Below are positions 36,981-47,011 of a DNA stretch of 64,000 nt, piece by piece. Both the position numbers and the translations under genes were made by a program. Origin of the DNA: Candidatus Iainarchaeum sp. GTDB taxonomy: Archaea; Iainarchaeota; Iainarchaeia; Iainarchaeales; JAGVWC01. Every line of letters starts with the position of its first letter. Position 1 is the stretch's first letter. The stretch is from the NCBI GenBank assembly GCA_018304465.1, contig JAGVWC010000010.1:224670-288669 (forward strand), read 5' to 3'. The notes under the pieces are model-generated. The model had not been told where the DNA came from, did not search any database, and saw nothing but the letters and a program-made list of their open reading frames with translations.

Positions 36981-37838
36981 ATGGAGAATATTGTTTCCAC
37001 AAGCTATGGGTTTTCACAACCACCCGTTTTTCAACAAAATAAAAAAGGATTCAAAAATCAAAGTTTTTTTGTTTCTTCGGGTTCCAAGCGGTATGTTTTT
37101 GTGCCTATTGCTAACCCCTATTTTCTCAAAGCCTTGAAAATACTGCGCCAAAGAGGATTCAAAACCCCCGAACTTATTCAAACCACAGACAAAAAAGAAT
37201 ATGTTGAAGTCGGCGGAAAAAAATGGTGCTTACTATCTTACCTTCCCGGGAAACCAGTTCAAAGAAACAAAATTTCGCGCGCACAGGTTTTTCAAATTGC
37301 AAGGACTGTCGCACTATTTCATAAGACCTTTGAAGAGAAAGTCCGACCTTCACAAGCTTTTTTTGCGCCACGTTTTCCTGAGAATTGCCCGGAAGAAATC
37401 CAAAAAGAGGTTGGTGCACTGGTTGCAAATTTTAAGCGCCAAGCAACCGGCATGAAGTCCACTCTAATCCACGGCGACTTGGTTTTGGAAAATATTCTAT
37501 TTAGCAAAGGAAACTTGTCTGGCCTGATTGACTTTGAACATCTTAGATACGGCCCCGCTATTTACGATCTAGCGGCAGTTCTAACTGAAATTCCCCCGAG
37601 CTTACATGCTGATTTTATAGAGCAATATACGCGTCTCAATCCGTTATCCTCGACAGACATAGGTTTAATCAAACCAATGACTCGTTATTACACTTTGTTG
37701 TATGCATTGTTCGGAATGGAAGCTTTGCCTAAAGTTACCCGTGGGCAAAAAAAGCGATTATTAGAAAAATTAAAAAGTAAAGGACTTGAAAAAAGGGGGC
37801 TTCTTAGGAATGCACAAAAACGAAGACGATCTCGTTAG
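36981..37838 (+). CDS. APH/homoserine-kinase-II-like phosphotransferase
   Basis: LIHGDLVLENILF, LIDFE, YDLA. Confidence 0.85.
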   Translation: MENIVSTSYGFSQPPVFQQNKKGFKNQSFFVSSGSKRYVFVPIANPYFLKALKILRQRGFKTPELIQTTDKKEYVEVGGKKWCLLSYLPGKPVQRNKISRAQVFQIARTVALFHKTFEEKVRPSQAFFAPRFPENCPEEIQKEVGALVANFKRQATGMKSTLIHGDLVLENILFSKGNLSGLIDFEHLRYGPAIYDLAAVLTEIPPSLHADFIEQYTRLNPLSSTDIGLIKPMTRYYTLLYALFGMEALPKVTRGQKKRLLEKLKSKGLEKRGLLRNAQKRRRSR

Positions 37839-40395
37839 TTTTTACGTACCAACATTTAATTCTGAAAAGACCATCCGGCGCTGTTTGGTTTCTATTCAAA
37901 ACCAAAACATTACCCCGAAAGAAATACTTGTAGTCGACGCCGGATCCACGGACAATACCGTAAAAATTGCACAAGAACTTGGAGTAAAAACAATCGTAAA
38001 AGATTCAACATTAGGGCTGGCAGCTGCGCGAAACATTGGAATACAAAACACAACTGGCGAATATGTGGCCTCTGTAGATTCCGATGTTGAACTATCTCCT
38101 GAATGGTTAAAAATAGTTCTCAACGCCATCAAAAAAGAAGGCGTTGGGGGCGTAGGCGGTCGATTAATCGAAACAAGCAGTATTTACACAATTCAACAAT
38201 GGCGTTTCTTTCATATGCAACAAAACTGGGGCGAAAAAGAAATAACCCCCAAATTCTTGTTTGGTGCCGACAACATATATCGCAGAGAAGCTCTGCTAAA
38301 CGCGGGTCTGTATGACGAATCGTTCACTACAAATCACGAAGATGTTGATATCTGCGAAAAGCTGACAAAGAAAGGTTATAGACTTTTATACCTGCCTGAG
38401 GCGACTTGTTTTCACCTCAGGGAAGACACTGTCAAATCCAACCTTGACAATTATTGGAACTGGTTTAAAGACGAAAACTGCGAAAAAAATCGATACGCAG
38501 ATATTCCTCAAAAGCTTGTGTGGGATATCGACGAGTCATTTAAATTGCTGGAAATGGACGTTAAAGAAAAAAAGTTCCACTTTGTTTATCCGAGTTTTCT
38601 GCTAAGCATTCACCACATACTGAGCGATCTAAATTTCTATTATTGCATTGGCCAAAGAGAGAATCAGCAATATTTCTCCGAAATTTTTAAACGGATTAAA
38701 GAAAACTTGATTCAAGAAATTGTTCCGTCTATACTTGAAAAAGAATTAATCATAAATGCAATTTTACGAGACTTAGAGTACATTACACCAGGAAAATTGG
38801 ACCGTAAACGCTATGACAAATATCTAAAAAAAATAGAACTTTCCATAAAACCAAACCCAAACAATCTCGTTAGCAAGCTTGTTTCTTACTTTAAAAAAAG
38901 TATCAAAAAAAAGGTTCCTGACCAAGAGCTATTCTGGAAAATGATTTGCGTTTCAATTCAACGCATTGAATACGAAAACAAAGAATATGCTGGATTAAAG
39001 CATAACTATCGTGTTGCATTGTTAAACTTGCCATGGACCAAAGGAGATCGAAAAGGCGTCCGAGCTGGATCAAGATTCCCATTCACACTCGAATCTGAAA
39101 CCGCTATCCCCTGCTATGTGCCGTTCCCTTTTTTCTTGGCATATACGCATTCCATGCTAAAGAACGCGGAAATAGGAGTCGTAACTACCGATTGTATTGG
39201 GGAAGGAATAGACGAAACTGAATTACGACTTCGAATTGTCACATATAACCCAGATCTCATTGTAGTAGAAACCGCAACTCCTTCATTCCAAAACGATATT
39301 CAAATAGTTGAACGATTAAAAAAAACAAACAAAGGCTCAAAGATTTGCTTAACGGGGGCCCACGTTTCAACATTTCCGGCTAAAGTACTATTTGATCATG
39401 ATTCTGTCGACTTTGTTATTACTGGGCAATTCGAAAATAAAGTAGTCGAATTGAGCAAAGCCTTGAAGGGAAAAACAGATTTAAGCTCGATTAAGGGCCT
39501 CTTTTGGAGAGACGGCGAGGAAATAAAGATGAGCGAAGCAAAAAGTTCAGGCCCATTATTTAGTGAATTTCCATGGCCAGAACGATTAACTTTGCCTTTG
39601 TACGCTTACAATGACAAATTTAGTAACCAAATAGTCGAAATGCCAGAACCCAACGCGCAAATGCTCGCAAGCCGAGGTTGTCCTTACAAATGTAGTTTTT
39701 GCCTTTATCCCCAGGTCATTTACGAAGGAAAGTGCTACCAGTCCCGAGAGTCGGTTGATATCGTAGACGAAATGGAAGAACTAGTCAAACGATATGGGAT
39801 TCGCGCCATACAATTTGACGATGATACCTTCAACATTAACGATTCTCGAATGAAAGAACTCGGAAATTTAATTCTGAACCGAAAACTGAACACAAAATGG
39901 ACATTTATGGGTAGAGCCGACTTGTGCGTTGAAGAAACAATGCGGTTATTTAAAAAGGCAGGATTAATTGCTTTAAAGTTTGGCGTAGAATCCGCAAACC
40001 AAGAAATCGTAAACCGTTGTGGTAAAAACCTGCAAATCAAATCTGTAGAGAAAACAGTCCAAATGTGTAAAATACTCGGAATAAAAGTCCATCTGACATT
40101 CACTTTTGGCTTACCTGGCGAAACTAAAGAAACAATCCAAGAAACCATTGACTTTGTCAAGCGGGTCAATCCAGACTCAACTCAGTTTTCAATCACTACC
40201 CCGTTTCCGGGAACAAACTTATATAATGATCTAACCAAAGGTCAGAAGACAGACAACCTAGATTGGAATTTATTTGACGGAAATCGAACCGCCGTAATGC
40301 AATTGGACAATTTGAGCGCCGCTGATTTGGAAAACGCCTTAATTCGAGCTGAAAAAGAATGGAAAACCTACATAGGACAGAGGCAAAAAAAATGA
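37810..40395 (+). CDS. Fusion of GT2 glycosyltransferase and cobalamin-binding radical SAM enzyme (HpnJ-like)
   Basis: VPTFNSE..VVDAGSTD..ARNIG..VDSD..EDVD; RAGSRFP..PFPFFLAY; SRGCPYKCSFC; FDDDTF; FGVES; GLPGET; PFPGT. Confidence 0.9.
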   Translation: MHKNEDDLVSFYVPTFNSEKTIRRCLVSIQNQNITPKEILVVDAGSTDNTVKIAQELGVKTIVKDSTLGLAAARNIGIQNTTGEYVASVDSDVELSPEWLKIVLNAIKKEGVGGVGGRLIETSSIYTIQQWRFFHMQQNWGEKEITPKFLFGADNIYRREALLNAGLYDESFTTNHEDVDICEKLTKKGYRLLYLPEATCFHLREDTVKSNLDNYWNWFKDENCEKNRYADIPQKLVWDIDESFKLLEMDVKEKKFHFVYPSFLLSIHHILSDLNFYYCIGQRENQQYFSEIFKRIKENLIQEIVPSILEKELIINAILRDLEYITPGKLDRKRYDKYLKKIELSIKPNPNNLVSKLVSYFKKSIKKKVPDQELFWKMICVSIQRIEYENKEYAGLKHNYRVALLNLPWTKGDRKGVRAGSRFPFTLESETAIPCYVPFPFFLAYTHSMLKNAEIGVVTTDCIGEGIDETELRLRIVTYNPDLIVVETATPSFQNDIQIVERLKKTNKGSKICLTGAHVSTFPAKVLFDHDSVDFVITGQFENKVVELSKALKGKTDLSSIKGLFWRDGEEIKMSEAKSSGPLFSEFPWPERLTLPLYAYNDKFSNQIVEMPEPNAQMLASRGCPYKCSFCLYPQVIYEGKCYQSRESVDIVDEMEELVKRYGIRAIQFDDDTFNINDSRMKELGNLILNRKLNTKWTFMGRADLCVEETMRLFKKAGLIALKFGVESANQEIVNRCGKNLQIKSVEKTVQMCKILGIKVHLTFTFGLPGETKETIQETIDFVKRVNPDSTQFSITTPFPGTNLYNDLTKGQKTDNLDWNLFDGNRTAVMQLDNLSAADLENALIRAEKEWKTYIGQRQKK

Positions 40396-41858
40396 CTGCG
40401 GAAAATAAGTATCGGGTTTCAAGCTACGTGGCTGAATACAAGAAAAAAGACCTCTTTGCGTATTACAATAATAAGAATCTTCAAGTCATTTATGGAAAAA
40501 AGCCTCTCAAAAAAATAATCGATGACCTTAAACAACCCCAAGAATTAGAAAACTATATTAAAAAGTTTCCAACTAAACGCGACGAGTTGAGACCCATATT
40601 ACACACGCTCGTGAGTGAAGGATATTTAGTTACTGGGACAGAGGATCCGATCTTGAACAGTTCAGAAATTGAAGAACGTAACCGAATCAACCCGAACTTA
40701 TTGCGATTTTTGCTTACGTTTGATTGCAATCTGGAATGCAAGTACTGCCAAATCAAAACCAATCTTTTTAGTGAATATAACAAGCCAATTACAAGAGAAG
40801 AAATCGACAAATCATTTGAATTGTTCAAGAAAAATACAAATGAATACCACACCATTTCGATGTCTGGCGGAGAACCAACGCTAAACTTCGAGTTAGTAAA
40901 ATACATTGTCGAAAAAACAAAAAAAGAACTAAAGCCAGGAAAATATCGTATCGTTTTGTCTTCCAATGGAACAATGATTACTGACGGCATTGCCGACTAC
41001 ATCGTCAAAGAAAATTTATTGCCAATCATTTCTTTGGACGGACGCGAAGAAGACAACAAAATGCGCGTTTACCGAAATGGTCTTGAATCATACAAAATCG
41101 TGTTAGCTGGGTTAGAAAAACTAAAAAAGCATAATTGTAAAAAAATCGCAATATCAATGACTATCGGAACCCACAACATAAAAAATATCAAAAAAATAAT
41201 GAAAAACATTATCAATGAAATCGAACCAGTAAGCGTTGGCTATAATTTCGTTCACTACCCTTACTTTGACAATCAACATTACTCTCTTCCAAACATCGAC
41301 GATTACTCAAAAGCAGTCATTCACATTTTCACCGAACTCCGAAAGCACAAAATTTACGACGATCAGTTTTTTCGAAGACTCCAACCCTTTGTAGAGAGAA
41401 AAGTTCGGATAAAAGAATGCTCTGCACTTGGTGGGGCTCTTAATCTTGTGCCCGGTGGACTCATTGGACCCTGCAAAACACTCCTGACAAGCAGACATTT
41501 TTCACAACCAATCAATATAACCGAAAAAATAGCGGATTCTAAAATCTTTACTGAATTTTCAAACCGAAACACATTATCACTAGAAGAATGTCAAAATTGC
41601 GTAGCCAGAACCATTTGCGGCGGGGGCTGTACTTTTGATTCATTTGTGACCTATCGTGACATTTCCCATGTAGACAAACGAAACTGCGATTACATAAAAA
41701 AAGTTCTGGAATTCATGATCTGGGACTTGTATCGGCTAGCCCAAAAGAAAAAGACAGAACTGTTAATTCCAACGCAAGTGGACCGTCAAAAAATGTACGG
41801 TGGTATTGCTCTTTCCAGTACAACTCTTGCGGAATCCGTTGGTCACAAAATTTATTAA
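40392..41858 (+). CDS. Radical SAM/SPASM-domain enzyme
   Basis: CNLECKYC, GGEPTLN, ISLDG, ECSA...GPC, CQNC....CGGGC. Confidence 0.9.
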   Translation: MTAENKYRVSSYVAEYKKKDLFAYYNNKNLQVIYGKKPLKKIIDDLKQPQELENYIKKFPTKRDELRPILHTLVSEGYLVTGTEDPILNSSEIEERNRINPNLLRFLLTFDCNLECKYCQIKTNLFSEYNKPITREEIDKSFELFKKNTNEYHTISMSGGEPTLNFELVKYIVEKTKKELKPGKYRIVLSSNGTMITDGIADYIVKENLLPIISLDGREEDNKMRVYRNGLESYKIVLAGLEKLKKHNCKKIAISMTIGTHNIKNIKKIMKNIINEIEPVSVGYNFVHYPYFDNQHYSLPNIDDYSKAVIHIFTELRKHKIYDDQFFRRLQPFVERKVRIKECSALGGALNLVPGGLIGPCKTLLTSRHFSQPINITEKIADSKIFTEFSNRNTLSLEECQNCVARTICGGGCTFDSFVTYRDISHVDKRNCDYIKKVLEFMIWDLYRLAQKKKTELLIPTQVDRQKMYGGIALSSTTLAESVGHKIY

Positions 41859-42877
41859 ACCAAAAAATAGTCAAAGAACTGCTTGCAAGCGCGGTATTGA
41901 GGGACCGACAAGTTTTTTCCTGTTTTAGTCAAAAAGACCGATGGTTCGGTTAAAACCCACGTTGAGCTATTTCGAATTGCATCAAAAAATCTATCCTTTG
42001 CCCTAAACGATAACATGAGGCTTTTAGCGATACCAAAAAAGGAAAGATTGTGCAGCATATCCGAATCGAAAAGGACTTTCGCTTCAATGGTGGATGGTTT
42101 GGGAATGAATCCGGGCGGTTTTCCTCTTTGTTTTGCGAGTTTTTGAAATCCTTCCAAAGAACCTGAATGTTGAAGAACACAAAGCGCCACGCGGTTTGCA
42201 AATTCATTATTGAAGCTGTTTTCAAAAAGTTTTCTTCTTGCAATTTTACGACCGATATAGTGGTGGTTTAAGTCATTTCCAAATCCCTTTCCAATATCAT
42301 GTAGCAGCGCGGCTGCGTCTACTACCAATTCATTCGCGTTTTCTGCAATTGCTACTTTTTTTGCAATGGATCGAACTTCTTGGACATGAAAATAATTGTA
42401 ATCGGAACTGTTCTTCTTTACAAAATATTCCACGGGCCGCATATGCTGCTCGTAAAAAGCCAATATTTTTTGTCGCTTATTTTTATTTCCTAAGAAAGAG
42501 TACGCCGCAAATTCCTCTTCAAACGACACTAGGGGAATATTCAGACCCTCGTGCTTAATGAAAATAATTTTTTCTGGATTAAATAATCGGATCTTTCCTC
42601 GCTTTGTCTTTTTGACCGGATCTCGAATCAAATGAACCGTTGGAGAAAAATTGAAGAAAGCCTGCTTACCCGTTGCTGTTTGTTTGGTCGAAATCACTCG
42701 ATCTTTAAATTGATGCGTAAACAGCTTAAAAGACTTATAATCACAAATGACATCAAGGTCATCCCCCGTAACTTTGAGGCCTTGTACGCCCAATGCGAAG
42801 CTTCCGCAAAAAGCCCAGTTTCGGTTCTTTTTCAAGCAATTATTAATTATTTTCACGGTTTGGAACGTACAAAACAC
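41855..42877 (-). CDS. Nucleotidyltransferase-like + HD phosphohydrolase fusion
   Basis: GSFAL..QG....DDLDV (Pol-beta-type NTase); H...V...AALLHDIGK...HH..G; EAKVLFDSD. Confidence 0.8.
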   Translation of the reverse strand: MFCTFQTVKIINNCLKKNRNWAFCGSFALGVQGLKVTGDDLDVICDYKSFKLFTHQFKDRVISTKQTATGKQAFFNFSPTVHLIRDPVKKTKRGKIRLFNPEKIIFIKHEGLNIPLVSFEEEFAAYSFLGNKNKRQKILAFYEQHMRPVEYFVKKNSSDYNYFHVQEVRSIAKKVAIAENANELVVDAAALLHDIGKGFGNDLNHHYIGRKIARRKLFENSFNNEFANRVALCVLQHSGSLEGFQKLAKQRGKPPGFIPKPSTIEAKVLFDSDMLHNLSFFGIAKSLMLSFRAKDRFFDAIRNSSTWVLTEPSVFLTKTGKNLSVPQYRACKQFFDYFLV

Positions 42878-42912
42878 CCAATAAATACCTAATGTTTTAC
42901 TGTAAGAACGGT

Positions 42913-43596
42913 ATGGATAAAGTGTTTTTAATTGGTGGCAGTAAAAGCTGGAGCAAACGAATTGACGAATTTGTTACAAAAGACATTCCGCGCTCAGCTC
43001 AAATCGCTGTAGTCGCAACCGCCGCTGTAAACGATCCTAATCCTAAATATGACCAATATACCTATTTTGAAGTCTTAAAGAAACAGTATCAAAAATTGGG
43101 GTTTGCAAAATTTGACCTTGTGAACATCGAAAAGAAAAGCGATTCGAATAAACCTTCAATCATCAAACAACTAAATCGTGCGGATGTAATCTATCTTGGG
43201 GGCGGAGACACACGGTTTCTCCTTAACTGCTTGGTAAAAACCAGAGCCGCGTCAACGATCAAGGAACAGGTTCGAAAAGGGAAATTGATTATTGGAAATA
43301 GCGCAGGGGCGATGGTCTTAGGCGAAAAAGTCCCTATAGAAATAGAACGCAGTAAGAAAAAAGAGTTTGAACTCTGGCCTGGATTAAATGTTTTATCTAA
43401 ACTGTTCATACTGGCCCATGTAAATCGTTGGAACAGACAGCGTCAATTCAGAAGATTAGCAGATTCAAACCCAATACTCGTTGGACTTGGGTTACCTGAA
43501 TATTCGATTGCAAAAATATCGGACAAGAGGATTACTATTTATTGCCTTAAAAGCACAAGGTTGAAAAAGACATTCTCCAAGAAACATATCCGATAG
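42913..43596 (+). CDS. Peptidase S51 (cyanophycinase/PepE-like)
   Basis: LIGG, VATA, IYLGGGDT, GNSAGAM, ILAH. Confidence 0.85.
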   Translation: MDKVFLIGGSKSWSKRIDEFVTKDIPRSAQIAVVATAAVNDPNPKYDQYTYFEVLKKQYQKLGFAKFDLVNIEKKSDSNKPSIIKQLNRADVIYLGGGDTRFLLNCLVKTRAASTIKEQVRKGKLIIGNSAGAMVLGEKVPIEIERSKKKEFELWPGLNVLSKLFILAHVNRWNRQRQFRRLADSNPILVGLGLPEYSIAKISDKRITIYCLKSTRLKKTFSKKHIR

Positions 43597-43606
43597 GAAG
43601 AAATCT

Positions 43607-44569
43607 ATGGCGCGAGTTCTTGTTACTGGCGGGTGCGGATTTATAGGATCCGAAGTGGTCAAACAATTATTGCAAAAGGGATACGATGTTAGAATTGCGG
43701 ATGATTTAAGCAAGCCGAAAAGCAAAACAGACGTACAAGCTGAATTTTTACGAATCGATTTAACGAATAAAACCAATACCCTGCGTGCGTTCAAAGGAAT
43801 AGATTATTGCATCAATCTTGCTGCTAAGATCGGGGGGATTGGATACTTCCACAAAATTCCTGCAACAATTCTAAGCGAAAACAATAAGATTTACTCCTCT
43901 ACTTTTGAAGCCGCGGTTGAAAAAAATATTGAACGAATGGTATATATATCGAGTTCAATGGTTTTCGAGAGCACAACTAGCTTTCCAAGCAAAGAAACTG
44001 ATTTGAAAAAAGTAGCTCCTCCAATCACGGCATACGGTTTTAGCAAGCTTTCTGGTGAAAAATACTGTCACGCATTCCATGACCAATTCAACCTCGATTA
44101 CACCATAATCCGGCCATTTAATGCATATGGCATTAACGAGTTCCCTGGTCAAGAAATCGGGTACGCACATGTAATTCCTGATTTGACTAAAAAAATATTG
44201 GCGGGACAGTATCCTGTCGAAATTCTTGGAAATGGAAAACAAAGCCGATGCTTTACTCACGTAAGCGATGTCGCAAGCGGAATCATAAAAGCAATGGACT
44301 CCAAAAAAGCGATTAATGAGGACTTTAACATCAGCACTTCAGAAGAAACGAAAATTATCGAATTGGCAAAAAATATTTTCACTCTGTGCAGTTCGAGGAA
44401 AAAATTCAAAACAAAATTTTTACCCAGTTTTAAAGATGATGTCCAAAGGCGTATTCCTGACGTATCCAAAGCCAAGAACTTGTTGCATTGGCAAGCGAAA
44501 ATTCCTCTAAACGAAGGATTAAAAGAGGTGGTGGACTGGCTAAAATACAAATTAAAAAAGACGATCTAA
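43607..44569 (+). CDS. NAD-dependent epimerase/dehydratase
   Basis: VTGGCGFIGS, SSS, YGFSK, RPFNAYG, RCFTHVSD. Confidence 0.92.
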   Translation: MARVLVTGGCGFIGSEVVKQLLQKGYDVRIADDLSKPKSKTDVQAEFLRIDLTNKTNTLRAFKGIDYCINLAAKIGGIGYFHKIPATILSENNKIYSSTFEAAVEKNIERMVYISSSMVFESTTSFPSKETDLKKVAPPITAYGFSKLSGEKYCHAFHDQFNLDYTIIRPFNAYGINEFPGQEIGYAHVIPDLTKKILAGQYPVEILGNGKQSRCFTHVSDVASGIIKAMDSKKAINEDFNISTSEETKIIELAKNIFTLCSSRKKFKTKFLPSFKDDVQRRIPDVSKAKNLLHWQAKIPLNEGLKEVVDWLKYKLKKTI

Positions 44570-44833
44570 TTGAACAAAATTGTTTTTGTTTTGGGAATTG
44601 GCCGCGTGGGATTACCCATATCATTAGCCCTTTGTGAGGCGGGGTACACGGGGTATGGAATTGACGTCAGACCAGAACACATTGAAACACTCCTCGCAAA
44701 GAAATTTCCGTTCATAGAAAAAGGCGCAAAAAAACTTTTAATAAAAACAGACAATTTTTTGGCGAAAAAAAAATCAGATGATTTCGCGGACTTCGACGCT
44801 TTTCTTTTTTTGTTTCAACTCAAACACCAATAA
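44570..44833 (+). pseudogene. Truncated UDP-glucose/GDP-mannose dehydrogenase (N-terminal about 60 aa)
   Basis: VLGIGRVGLP...GIDV...PFIEKG; similarity ends near 44750 and the frame runs into the antisense DHH gene. Confidence 0.8.
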
Positions 44834-45781
44834 TTCCAAGGCCCGATGCAACACGTCTTCGGTGTTCGAATGAAACGAATTAAAACCCGCAGCCGCGACA
44901 TGACCATTGCCATGACCGCCAAACGCCGGCACCAATCCCTGCATGACCGCAACCAAACTCACTTTCGAATCCTTGACAAAACCACTCGACGAACGAGCGC
45001 TTACAACCAACGCGTTCGAACCATGATCGATTCCCGCCACCAACGCCACGTCACAACCCAACGCCACCAGCGAAGCCGCGGCTTCGGACTCGAAAAAATT
45101 CACGGTGGACAACGCCACCAAAAAACCGTCGACTTCAAACAACCGCATGCGGCTCGCCGAACGCAGTTTCGCGATGCGCTCCGAAACCGGTTCTTGGATA
45201 ACCACCAATCGCTTGATGGATTCCACGTCCGACCTGGATTCTTTCAAACAAAACGACAAATCATCCAAGACATGCGTATCCAACACGGATAGCATCGCCG
45301 TATCCGACAAAATACCCGCGGCCAACGCCTGCAAGGCTTTTTTCGAAAGTTTCAATTTCGCTTTTCGAATTTCGGACAACACGACTTGCGACGCGGATAA
45401 CCTGTTCGAATCAATTTCGACAAAAGCTTTTTTGGGCCGATCCGCTTCCGGCAAATGATGATCCAAAATCAACACCGGGCCATTAAACGAAGAAATGCTT
45501 TTCGAAAGTTTTCCCGCGTGACTAGGCGAATTAAAATCAAGCAACGCCAAAGCGTCAAACCGATCCAACACCGGGTCTTTCACGGCTTTAATGCCAAACC
45601 GGTCCGCGAGTTGTAACGCATGCAACCCCATGTGATCGGGAAACCCCACGGTACAATTACAGGAAAGGGTTTCTTTGAGCGCAATCGCGCTCGCCAACGA
45701 ATCCACGTCGGTTCCGGCGTGACACAACAAAAGCAGACGGGTGGATTTGGAAAGTTTTTTGACAAACGATTCCAAAGCCAT
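44774..45781 (-). CDS. DHH/DHHA1 phosphoesterase
   Basis: H..TDVDS, LDHH, GILSDT, VSAR, GGHGNGHVAAAG. Confidence 0.9.
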   Translation of the reverse strand: MALESFVKKLSKSTRLLLLCHAGTDVDSLASAIALKETLSCNCTVGFPDHMGLHALQLADRFGIKAVKDPVLDRFDALALLDFNSPSHAGKLSKSISSFNGPVLILDHHLPEADRPKKAFVEIDSNRLSASQVVLSEIRKAKLKLSKKALQALAAGILSDTAMLSVLDTHVLDDLSFCLKESRSDVESIKRLVVIQEPVSERIAKLRSASRMRLFEVDGFLVALSTVNFFESEAAASLVALGCDVALVAGIDHGSNALVVSARSSSGFVKDSKVSLVAVMQGLVPAFGGHGNGHVAAAGFNSFHSNTEDVLHRALELLVFELKQKKKSVEVREII

Positions 45782-45827
45782 CGAACGAATCCCGATTCCT
45801 TTTTTTTATTTTTTAAATTGTTTTTCT

Positions 45828-46199
45828 TTATTTTTTCGATTTGGACGCGGGTTTTTGGGTTTCGTCGCTTTGCCCTTGCCCTTCAATATCGGATTTAAGC
45901 TTGTTTAATTTCTGGATCGTCGCGTCTTCCTGTTTTTGCAGGGTCTTGATGCGCAAATCCACGGTTTCTTTCTGATCCGCCAGTTCTTTCTTGGCGTCAT
46001 CCGTGGTCACGGACACCAGAATGTTTCCAACGGCTTTGAAAACCTTTTTTTCGGAAGTTTTTTCCAATTCATCCAGCGACATCTTCAACGTGGCGGACTG
46101 CATGAGGTACTGTTGTTTTTGCGAAGAAATACTGATCAATTGATCGCGGTTACGCGAAAAATCAGCGATCGCCTGTTGTTTGGATTGTTCGTCTGCCAA
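45828..46199 (-). CDS. pfdB: Prefoldin beta subunit
   Basis: ELEK...VFKAVGNILV hairpin between coiled coils; position in superoperon. Confidence 0.92.
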   Translation of the reverse strand: MADEQSKQQAIADFSRNRDQLISISSQKQQYLMQSATLKMSLDELEKTSEKKVFKAVGNILVSVTTDDAKKELADQKETVDLRIKTLQKQEDATIQKLNKLKSDIEGQGQSDETQKPASKSKK

Positions 46200-46201
46200 A
46201 A

Positions 46202-46450
46202 TTATAACCTCCGGGTTTGGTGAACTATTTTTTGTAGAAACGAAATGTTTTTAATCGCGAAATGAAGACTCGCATTGAGGGCTTTTTCGTCCTCGGCTTC
46301 CACGTGAACCAAAAAACCGGATTCGGATTTCGAATACGTGGTCGTGGCCCGTTTTTCAAACGACGAATCCGACCAATCCGGCGAAAGCGATTCGAAAATC
46401 ACGTCGCGGGACAGCGGTTCGCACCAAAAATGAAAACGGGCAAAAAGCAA
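46202..46450 (-). CDS. pcc1: KEOPS subunit Pcc1-like
   Basis: IFESLSPD...LVHVEAEDEKALNASL; lies between rpoP and pfdB. Confidence 0.7.
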   Translation of the reverse strand: MLFARFHFWCEPLSRDVIFESLSPDWSDSSFEKRATTTYSKSESGFLVHVEAEDEKALNASLHFAIKNISFLQKIVHQTRRL

Positions 46451-46465
46451 TGGAATCCCTTTTTT

Positions 46466-46594
46466 TTATCGCGCCATGACTTCTTTGACCACGGAGCTGC
46501 GTTGTTTGTATAAAATCTTGTAGGCGCAATTCGGGCACCGCACTTCGTACGCGATGCTTTCGATCATGGTTCCGCATTTTCCGCACTTGTACAT
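46466..46594 (-). CDS. rpoP: RNA polymerase subunit P (Rpo12)
   Basis: Hand translation MYKCGKCGTMIESIAYEVRCPNCAYKILYKQRSSVVKEVMAR; GAGGT RBS; below ORF-track cutoff. Confidence 0.93.
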   Translation of the reverse strand: MYKCGKCGTMIESIAYEVRCPNCAYKILYKQRSSVVKEVMAR

Positions 46595-46609
46595 TTTTTT
46601 ACCTCAAAT

Positions 46610-46966
46610 TCACTTTTTTTTGTTTTCGGATTCAGAAGACGGGGATTCTTCGTTTTCCCCGGTTTCCGTTACTTGGGTTGACAACAATTCACCCAAATTG
46701 GGCAAAAAGCTTTTCTGGGACACCATTTTGGCCACAATGCGACCCGTTAAGGTCTGTGGAAAATACGCGCCGCCGGTAAAACGGCCACCGCATTTTTTGC
46801 AGTCAAAAATTCCCGCGGCTTCGCGGCGAATCTTTTTGTATCCGCAACTGGGGCACTCCGAGTCTTCGTGCTGGCGTTGCTCGACTTTGAGCAAGCGTTT
46901 TCGGATTCCGACGCCGTAACGCGATCCGAACCGACCCGCGCTTTTGACTTTTTTGGTGCTACTCAT
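46610..46966 (-). CDS. rpl37ae: Ribosomal protein L37Ae (eL43)
   Basis: AGRFGSRYG..IRK, CPSC, GIFDCKKCG..FTGGAY. Confidence 0.96.
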   Translation of the reverse strand: MSSTKKVKSAGRFGSRYGVGIRKRLLKVEQRQHEDSECPSCGYKKIRREAAGIFDCKKCGGRFTGGAYFPQTLTGRIVAKMVSQKSFLPNLGELLSTQVTETGENEESPSSESENKKK

Positions 46967-47011
46967 GTGTAGTTCTCCTTACTATCGTATCTTGACGAAT
47001 TTTTTATAAAA

